The notes below the pieces were generated by a model that did not search any database, was not told where the DNA came from, and worked only from the letters and a program-made list of their open reading frames with translations. Positions 54,901 to 64,000 of a stretch of DNA of 64,000 nt are shown here, one piece after another. A program made the translations under genes and the position numbers. The DNA is from the human T2T-CHM13v2.0 reference genome, Homo sapiens: assembly GCF_009914755.1 (NCBI RefSeq), contig NC_060926.1. One strand, written 5' to 3'. How positions within the stretch are numbered: position 1 is the stretch's first letter; each line of letters begins with the position of its first letter.

Positions 54901-55580
54901 AAGGAATGTTTTTTTTACTGTTGGTAGAAGTGTAAATTAGTTCTACCATTGTGGAAAACACTGTGGTGATTCCTCAAAGACCTAGAGGCAGAAATACCGT
55001 TTGACTCACCAATCCCATTACTGGGAATATACCCAAAGGACTATAAATTGTTCTATTATGAAGACACATGCATGCGTATGTTCATTGCAGCACTGTTCAC
55101 AATAGCAAAGACATGGAATCAACCCACATTTCCATCAATTGCAGATTAGATAAAGAAAATGTACATATACATTTGTATATGTGTATATACACCATGGAAT
55201 ACTATGCAGCCATAAAAAGGAAGGAGACCATATTTTTTCCAGGAATATGGATGGAGCTGGAGGCCATGTTCCTTAGCAAATTAATACAGGAACTGAAAAC
55301 AAAATATCACGTGTTCTCACTTATAAGTGGGAGCTAAATGATGAGAACACATGGACAAATGGGGGTGGAAAAACTCACACTGGGGCTTGTGGGAGGGTTT
55401 TGGTGGGAAAAGGGAGGGGGTCAGGAAGAATAGCTAATGGAAGCTGGGCTTAATACCTGGGTGATGCGATGATTTGTGCAGTAAACCATTATGGCACACG
55501 TTTACCCATGTAACAAACTTCTATATCCTGCACATGTATCCCTGAACTTAGTTGGAAATTTTAAAAACAATGGAAATGTA
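51968..55580 (+). mobile_element. L1PA15/16-like 5'-truncated element, split by a THE1 provirus at 52228-54481
   Basis: ORF2 sequence ...ggcaaagatttcatgac (52227) resumes at atgattaagtcaccaaaagcaattgcaac (54482). The 3'UTR runs to ~55560. Degenerate TSD aaaaataagtttata / aaaaataggtctata. Confidence 0.9.
52228..54481 (+). mobile_element. Full-length THE1 (THE1D-like) MaLR provirus: 5' LTR 52228-52600, internal 52601-54120, 3' LTR 54121-54481
   Basis: Both LTRs start tga(a/t)atggtttggctctg and end ...ca. The internal part begins gtaaattggtac. PPT ggaaggggcaaggggcagaa lies at 54101-54120. 5-bp TSD atgac/atgat. ORFs in 52891-53931 are MaLR-internal remnants. Confidence 0.93.
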
Positions 55581-55729
55581 AAAAATAGGTCTATAGTTAC
55601 TAATGCACAATGAAAGTCAATGTATATTATTATGTGGGAAATATCCAGTTGCAGAATCATATGTAGAATATGGGTTCATTTTGAAAAGTTAAAAAACAAA
55701 GGTCTTTATCTACATTAATTTCTTAAAAA

Positions 55730-56105
55730 ACTTAATTGATCTCTTATTATACCAGACATGGTTCTGTATGCCAGTGAAACCACAGAGAACAAAACACAAA
55801 TCCCTATGTTTGTGGATTTTGTATTCAAGAAAGAAAATAAAATAATTACAAATTAGGATTAATCACCAGGACACAAAAAGAATAGGATAGGGACATACTA
55901 TGTTAGATAAGGTATACAGGTGACTACTCTGAAAAGGCAACATACAACAGAAACAGAAAGAAGTAAGCCCTGCAGCTAGGGAAGAGTACCCCAGGCTGAG
56001 GGAGTAGCAAAGGCAAAGGCCTTGAAGCATTATCCAGGAACAAAGAGAAGGTCAGCCTGAAGGGCCCAGTGAACCAGTGGAAAGGTGGTGGGAAATTGAG
56101 GTCTG
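55730..56105 (-). mobile_element. L2 fragment
   Basis: ccagacatggttct...ctctgaaaaggcaacat...ccaggctgagggagtagcaaaggcaaaggccttga. Confidence 0.65.
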
Positions 56106-58839
56106 TTATTACCCAGGAAAATTTACTGACTGTGGCTAGAGCTGCCTAAAACAATAGGAAATACCTGGTATATAACGATATCTACTGTGTACCAGGAGAT
56201 TTCACTGAATGCATGCACAACACCCCTTCCCCAACAGAAGCAATTTTGCTTTATTGTCAGGAAATGAATCCTTAAACCACTTGACTTCTAGCAGAGTGTT
56301 GATCTTATTGTGACTGACATATAGGCAAATCCTCAGAAGAGAATCAGAATTTCCCTGAGCTGGATGAAAGGAGGTCAGAGGGAGCAGATAGAGAGAACAA
56401 TGTCGTTTGCACATGGACAAGTCTGTTTGAAATCTCTTGCATACAGCCAAAGAGATAAAAGAAAAGGACTACAAAGTATTGAGCCAGTACAGTGAAGGTT
56501 AAATATGAGCTCCTACTGCTATGATTTATCCACTGAAACAGCTGGGAAACTTCCGAAGTAGTTCATATATCACAGAAGTAGAGGAAGTGAGTCTGACTGT
56601 ATAAACACACCTCAGGGCTGCTACTGTTCCCATTAACTGTCTGTCTCAGTAAAGGTCTGCCATTAGACAGATTCCTGCTGCAGCTGAACTGATAGAAAAC
56701 TGCAGGTACATATAAAAATTAGAGGGAGACGTATGTCAAGAACAGTCATGAAAAATTTTTCAGGGGAAAGGAGAAAAAGGAGTTCTATGATGTGACTGTT
56801 TTAAAATCTGACATTTTTGGATTTTCATACTCTCTACATTTATGATTTTTCAGCTTAATGCTATATTCATGGTTTCAGTTAATTATGGCAGATGTTTATT
56901 AAATATGTGCAGTCATCAATTTCTATAGCCTATCTGATGACTGTTTTGAGAACTTTCTCTAAATTCCTCTTACAATCAACAGGGAAAAGGACTGAGGCTA
57001 CAAGTTAAGATACATACATTAAATGCTATTTCAGAATAGCATCAAACTTCTAAGGACCAATTTATATGAAATGTGACAAATTACCCAATATGGACTTGCA
57101 CTTCCTTTCAGTTGAGAAAACAAAAGCATGATGTGTTCAAATGTGTTATTCCTTCTAGGATGATTCCTCTTTGAAGATCCATGCTACTCATTCTACTTGA
57201 TTAAAACAGAACCAAAGACCACATTTGTGGACATATTTCTGCTTGAAGCAGTTCATCTTTACACAGGGACTTATTGTTTGGTGAAATATGAGGAAGCTAG
57301 TTTGTTCATACATTTAATCTAGTAATAATTTTGATGTCTATCATGAGTACAACTTTCAGTTTTTTCTTATCTTGGATGGGAAAAAGGAGTATTATAAACA
57401 GGACCTCAATTCCCAACACCGCTCTCTTAAAGAATTTAAATTGCTGCTGTTGACTAAGGATAAATTAAAAAATCATGGCATTGCATACACAATTTTATAA
57501 TTCGATCTAAGTCTACTATTTACAGGTTCATCTCTTGCCATTCTACCTAATTCATCCCAAACTACAGTTATATCAAACTGGTCTGGTCTAACATTTCCCA
57601 AGGCAAACTCCTGGTTTTTGCCTATATGGCTTTTCCTCTGCCGTTTCTTTCAAGAATGCCTATTTTCTTTGTCTGAACGTTTCTTATTCTTTCATCAAGA
57701 TCTGGTGTAAAAGTCACCATATCATCTCTAAAGCTTTCTTCTAATTTCAGAGACAGAATTACTATTTTCTTACTTTCAACTCCAGAAACAAGGTCCTTTC
57801 ACATTTATGTTAACATATCACCAGCAGTCAGGATAGTATCTAGCAGATAAAAAGCAGGCAATAAATGTTGAATGAATGAAGCTCACTTCTTTTAATTCAG
57901 ACAATAGGCACATAGTCTAGAACTATACAATACCAAAGGCTTATTGAGACAGCTAAATCCTCTTTCCTCTTTATGTCACTGTTTCTCTCTGCTTTCCTTT
58001 CTCCCTCCTTCTATGTGTGTTTTTGTGTGATGTGAGGGTAGTTATGGTTAGAAAACAATCTGACTTATCATTACCATGTACTAGATTTTCTATCATTAAG
58101 AAGGCAAGAACAGAGAATTTAAATAACTTTCAAAATATTTGGGTCCCAAAACAGATAATTTTCGCACTATGTCTAATACTACCTCAACTACCTGGAACAA
58201 AGCTAAGCAGAATATGTATTTTTCTTTTTTTTTTTTCTGGTAGGATGGAGTAAGTAAAGAGAGAATGACATCATGGATTTACTTTTATTAAGCTTCCAAG
58301 ATTTATTCTTAGTTTGGAGGATCTGAAATTAAATATTTTACCTCTCCAAGTACATCATAGAATAAAATTGAGGCTCATAATAAACATTCTCACCATATTT
58401 CATTGTTAAAGCCTTTCTGGCAGTTCCAGGGTACTTAGAGATCATCTATAAGTAAATCCCTTCTTCTTCTTTCTTGTCACAATGCTGAACCCCAGAGAAG
58501 TAAAGTGAATGGTTTGAGGTCACCCAGCAGCTAAGACCAATTGCAAGTCAAAACACAAAGTTTCCTCATCACCAGTTCTTATCATTTTATAAAGTTGCCT
58601 CTATCAACAAATTGCTAACAAATTGCTTTTGTTCTTAACAGAACACTTCATTTCCCTACTTAAAATCATGCAATAGTTTCCAGTTTTACTAAGTTTAGAG
58701 TACAAACTCCTCAGTAGAATTTCAGGGCATGTTCATGATCTAGTCTTTGATTATAGCTCTAACCTCAGGCTAACCATTGCTGTGCTTGCATTCTATGCTT
58801 TGGTTTCTATCTTAAACCTCTGTCCTCTAAAGATAGAAG

Positions 58840-59216
58840 CTGTTATAACCAAATGTTTATGTCCCCCCCACCCCAATTCAGATGTTGAAGCCCTAATCCC
58901 CAAAGTGATGGTATTTCAGGGTGGAGTCTTTGGGAAGTAAATAGGTTTAGATGAGGTAATGAGGGTGAGGCTCTCAAGATAGGATTAATGTCCTTACAGG
59001 AGAAAAAGACCAGAGCTTACTCACTCTCCACCCTGTAGACACGCAGCAAGAAGCTAGCTATCTGCAAGCCAGGGAGAGGGACTTCATTAAGAACCTGACC
59101 ATGTTAGCACCCTGCTCTTTGACTTCTTGGCCTCAAGAACTTTAGGAAATAAATGTATGTTGTTTAAGCCACCCAGTATATGTTATTTTATTATAGCAGC
59201 CTGAGCAGATTAAGAA
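58840..59216 (+). mobile_element. MLT1A-like MaLR LTR inserted in L2 (L2 at ~58630-58840 and ~59220-59530)
   Basis: atgttgaagccctaatccccaaagtgatggtattt...tctgcaagccagggagagg...gtttaagccacccagt...tatagcagcctgagc. Confidence 0.85.
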
Positions 59217-60269
59217 GCAAAATATTATGTCTCCCTTTTTCACCTACCTAATGCTGATTCATCCTTCTGTTTTTACCTTATTTACACTTATTCTAGGAAA
59301 TCTTCCATAAAGCTCCAAGTCTGGAATCAATGACTTTATTAGGTGTCCCTATAATATTGAACATCTCCTTTTATAATGTGTATGTCAGTGTATTATGTTG
59401 ATCCATCTACGTGTATGTATACTTCGACCAAACTACAGGCTCCATGGAAGTAAGAACTCCATCTGCTTTGCTCAGCATTATATTCTGAGCATTATCATAG
59501 AGGCTAGCATATGGCAGGTACTCATGAAGTTATGAAGATCTTTGAGATAAGCATATTCTTAAACTAAAATAATTCTTTTTTCTTTATATACAAATGAAAT
59601 TAAAGTAGAGAAAGAGAGAGGAATTTCAGTATTACTTTATGAAGCAACATCTTCAAAAAAAATTAAATGAAAATACCCATAAGTATTGTGATTAATATGA
59701 TTATTTCATTTGTAATCATCATATTAAGTGCTCAAGTTTTCAGATTTGTATTGTCAGTCTATTTACAACTACCACTTAAGAATTATAGAATTTTTTTGTA
59801 AGGTAAAAAAATGTAAATAAGGATCATCTAATGGATTGTTAATTATACTATATATATATAAAATCCCTATGGTGTTCTCATTTTTTAAAATTTGCAATAT
59901 TTTTTTCCAACAATTTCTTAGCGGTTGTGCCTATTACACTGTAAACCCACTAAGAACTATGCATCAAATCAAATAATTAAATTGAAATTTATACTTTTTA
60001 ATATTTCAGCTGAATTTAGATCTGCCTAGCAAATTTAGTACAACAATAATAATTCTGAAATAATCTGAACTTTCAAAGTATATAGCAGCTTTCTAGCTTT
60101 CTTTTTATATTCAATGCTATTTGAGTGCCAACTTAGGGTAATGCAGGAGATATAAACCATCCCCTACTCTCTACTCCTTTTTCCCTTAATACAAGCTCAT
60201 GCTGAAGGTTCACTTTTTAAAAACATTTTTCAAGAAGCTTATCAATTATATAGACTTCACAATACACCA

Positions 60270-61130
60270 GCTGTTCATTCATTCTTTCATTCACAAATGT
60301 GCCGGCACTATGCTGGATGTGAGGGAGACAGTTGTGAGCAAATCATATCATATGTTCTTAGACATACTCTGGAAAGATGGATCCATATTAGTTACACTAA
60401 TGAAGTTTAATTGCCACTTGAGATAAGTAGTCTATGAGAATGTTTAACAAGGAAAGCTTTGCTCAATTAGGCCAGAAGAGGGGGTCATGGAGGATAAAGC
60501 ACTTAAGCTAAGTTCTGAATGATGAAATCAAGTTAAAAAGGCAAAGAGTGTTTGTGAGTGTTTGTGAGTGTGAGTGTGTGTGTGTGTGTGTGTTGGGAAG
60601 AGGGTTGTTCATGGAGGAATGTTTCAAACAGTGTAAAACAGTATGTGCAAATGGTCTGTGGCTAAAGAGGGAATGGAACAGTCCAGAGAAGGGTAAAAAG
60701 TGGTGATAGATAAGGCCGAAATATAAGAGGATGCTTAAGAAATATCAAGGGTCTTATTGTCTATGTTAAAGATTCAGCCTTACCTTAAAAACAATGATAA
60801 GTCACTGAAGGCTGTTAAGTAGGGGTGTGGAAGGTGATATAATCATATATCAATTTGTCAATAGTAAAAAGATTGCTGTAACCCATATTGGAGGATGTTT
60901 AAGGTTTTATTTTGGAAAAGCAATTAAGAGGACACTAAAGGATTTCAGACAAGAGATAATGTTAGGGCAAGATGATGATGCCCTAAAAATGAGAGTTATG
61001 TAAAGAAGGAGGAAAGTGGAGAGATTTACAAGATACTGAAAATGTAAAATGGACAAGACTTGATGATGAATCAAATATATCTGGGGGCATTAGAGTGAGA
61101 GGTGTCAATCATAACCACTAGGTTTCAGTA
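60270..61130 (-). mobile_element. L2 3' region containing a (TG)n/(GAGTGTTTGT)n tract at ~60546-60593
   Basis: ttcattcattctttcattcac...ggcactatgctggatg...gtcactgaaggctgttaagtagggg...ggacaagacttgatgatgaat. Confidence 0.7.
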
Positions 61131-63549
61131 ACTTTTATAATTTATTTCATCCTCTTAAATACATATGTATTAGAGGTAGTACTGAAAACCCTAAACTCAA
61201 ATATCCCTAAGCTTCATGGGTAAAAATATATATCATGAAATTCATTTTAAAGATAAAGTAAGACTTTAACATCCTAGTATGGCGGAATGACCACTAAACT
61301 TTAAACTTTCATTCTGGTCACCATTTACATATCAAGATTGATAGTCAGAGATTTGAAGATAAGAGCAGGTAATTTATATTTGTTTGTTCGCTTTATGATG
61401 GAAGACTCTCCTCCATCGCCAAAACATTACAATAATTTAAAAATACATAAAAAATCCTCTTGCTTAGAAAAAAAATTATAGTCTAGATAAAGGTATTGCA
61501 AACTGAATATTGGCTTTTCCATAGAAAACTTACTGTAAGAGTTAAATATCTGAATCAAGATTTAATTCTAATCTTTTTATAGAAATGGCTAGAAATACCA
61601 CAATCAAATATACAATTAATATATAAAAGTAATACTATATCTTTTTAGCAGTGTCTCTTAAATTACATTGAAATGAATGAAACTTTTACTAAACATCATA
61701 TTTGATTTGGTAAGACATAGAATCATTATACTGGAGTATGTAAAGCTCCTATGTCTTTTGAAAGAAATAAATCTAAAGACAAAATATCAGGGTTGTGAAA
61801 TCAAAAAGCCTGTTTTGACATTGTTGAGTAAAGTTCAGGGGAGATAGAGAGCTACCTGATGACTCTTCGAGGAGGACATTACTTTTGTTATTTTCATTTT
61901 CTCATTTAGAAATTCCTCCTGCATACACAGTCCAATCCAGAAAACATTGAGAGCTTTTTTTTTTTTTGTATGACTATACTAAGCACTGAGAGTACTCCAA
62001 ACAAATAGTAAAGAATAGGCTATAGTTCTTAGGTTTAAGAATGGTATATTCTAAAACTAGTAAGAGAAAAAACAGGGACATACTGAAAGAACAGGGTAGA
62101 TAAATTCTAGGAGAGAGGAATAACAAAGAGCTATATTAACACCGAGTAGAAAAGATTACCATGGGTTGTTGGGTGTGAGAATTAGAGATCATGTTGCTCA
62201 CCCTTTAGCTGCATTTGTGCCCAGATTAACTTCCTCAAAAGTGAATGATGATTTATTTTAATTTGTAAACTGCTGTTTACAAGTGCTAATATGAATGTAA
62301 CTGTGGATCATTTTAAGCCAAGTTGCTATAAATCATAGATGATAGATATTTGAGCTAGAAAGCTCCTCTCCAAGGAAAATGTACCAATTATAAACACACT
62401 TTATGATGAAATATTTCATTAAGTTGATCCTATTGAATTACTGGGAATGGTCTCCCAAATCTTCATACATTTCTCACATTATTTATTTTTCATGATATTG
62501 AGAAAAGCCTTTACAAAGTGAAGCTAATGGCACATGTGTGAGGAGAATGTGAATAATAGATGATAAAAAATAAATCTCTGGCATCTAGAAAACTGGCCTA
62601 TTGGGGTACAATTATTTGATGCATATTATCATAAAAATTTTATGTCTAAAAAATGGTAATATAAAGCCATGCAGATCCTTTTGAAAGAGAATTGTGATAA
62701 TTGCCGTTGCATGCCAAAATAATTGGTTTTGCTGATCAAAAACTTTTCCATTAGGTACCAAAATGTAACATCTGCCAGTGATATAATGGACCAATAATTG
62801 AAGCACATAGTATATCCTCATAGGGGCTACACTGCTGTTTTATTTATTCTTGCCCAACTGTGAAGATAAACTTCACTAAATACATGTGATATCCTGTCAA
62901 TTCGGGATAAGCATATTTTTTTCTTGGACAGATGGCTGGTAAGTGAAACACCTGGATCACCCCAGAGCTGCAAAATTACAATCATAGCGGATATATGATG
63001 TCAGAAACAAGTCCACTTAGACAGACTAAAAACATTCAAATATGCAGAGGCAATAACTCCTCTCCCTTTCCAGTTTAGCTGTAAGCTAACATTGTTTCAT
63101 TTGCCTTTAAGATCACTCTATTCCAACCTGACAGGTTTATATTTATAGGTCACCCCATTACAGATTTCTTATTCTGTCTGAAACTTTATTAATCAGAAAC
63201 AAAGCATTATGCTGAATCGGGTATTTGCAATGGAAGATTCAACTTAAAATACGGAATTTCTATCCTCTAGGACATTTTCTCTAATGTCACCAATTTCTCA
63301 ACTCAGTATTCAAACAGTGCAGATTTATTATTTCCTAACAACACACTTTTCATTTAGAAACGTATATTTCTAATTATATCATCTGCCTCATTTGCAAATT
63401 CAACTGTATGTTTCCTAAGATTCTTTGATTACACTCTTGGGGACATTTAGTGAATGTTTACTGACAAGTAGTTATGGCCAGTTAAATAATCATGCCCTCT
63501 ATAGTTGCACTTCTGTACAGTAATTCCATTATACTAATTACTAGTACTT

Positions 63550-63800
63550 AACTCCTAGTAGTGCTTTTATTTTATGATCTAGAGTCTGTTCTAGGTATCT
63601 CCCATGTAATAAGCCATTTAATGCTAACAACTGTTGATGATATCAGAATTGTTTTTATTTCAATTCTATAGATAACTGAGACCCCAGATGGTTAAACAAC
63701 TTGCTTAAGGTCATGTAGTCACTAAGTGTAGACCCATAACCAGAGCCTAGGGAGTCTTTCTCCAGATCACCTGCCTTTGACCACTCTTCATCACTGTTTT
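63550..63800 (-). mobile_element. MIR
   Basis: actgagaccccagatggttaaacaacttgcttaaggtcatgtagtcactaagtg. Confidence 0.7.
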
Positions 63801-64000
63801 CCTATAACTTGATGTGATTTATGATAAACTTTAAACCTTGGTTTTATATTAATCTTTTCTATTTTTCAGATGTTTAGCTTTATACACATCAAATAGCCAT
63901 CACAGAGATTTTTTGTTGTTGTTGGGCTGCCAATATTGAATATGTGGTATATAAGATACATAATACATATTTATGTGTGAATATGTACGTACATATTTCT

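Overview
AT-rich primate genomic DNA, most likely human or another great ape (AluY-like and L1PA2-like elements are present). The only credible coding sequence is one 152-bp exon on the minus strand (7367-7518) encoding [52 protein letters not shown] recognise this as ERBB4 (HER4) exon 2, the start of the L1 ligand-binding domain. Bases 7519-64000 are therefore the 3' part of the very long intron 1, and bases 1-7366 are the start of intron 2. The rest is typical interspersed-repeat landscape: 9 Alus plus one monomer, L1PA/L1M fragments, L2/MIR relics, MaLR LTRs, a full-length THE1 provirus nested in an L1, an ERVL/MLT2 remnant, hAT and mariner MITEs, and microsatellites. Almost all other ORFs in the track are repeat-derived or chance. 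I see no evidence of a new gene system. The most unusual structures are a compound rearrangement around the ERVL remnant (an internal ~240-bp inverted copy plus ~210-bp flanking direct duplication), an Alu monomer with extra sequence inside its target-site duplication (TSD), and several nested insertions. Repeat subfamily names come from recalled consensus motifs, not from a search, and boundaries of old repeats are approximate.
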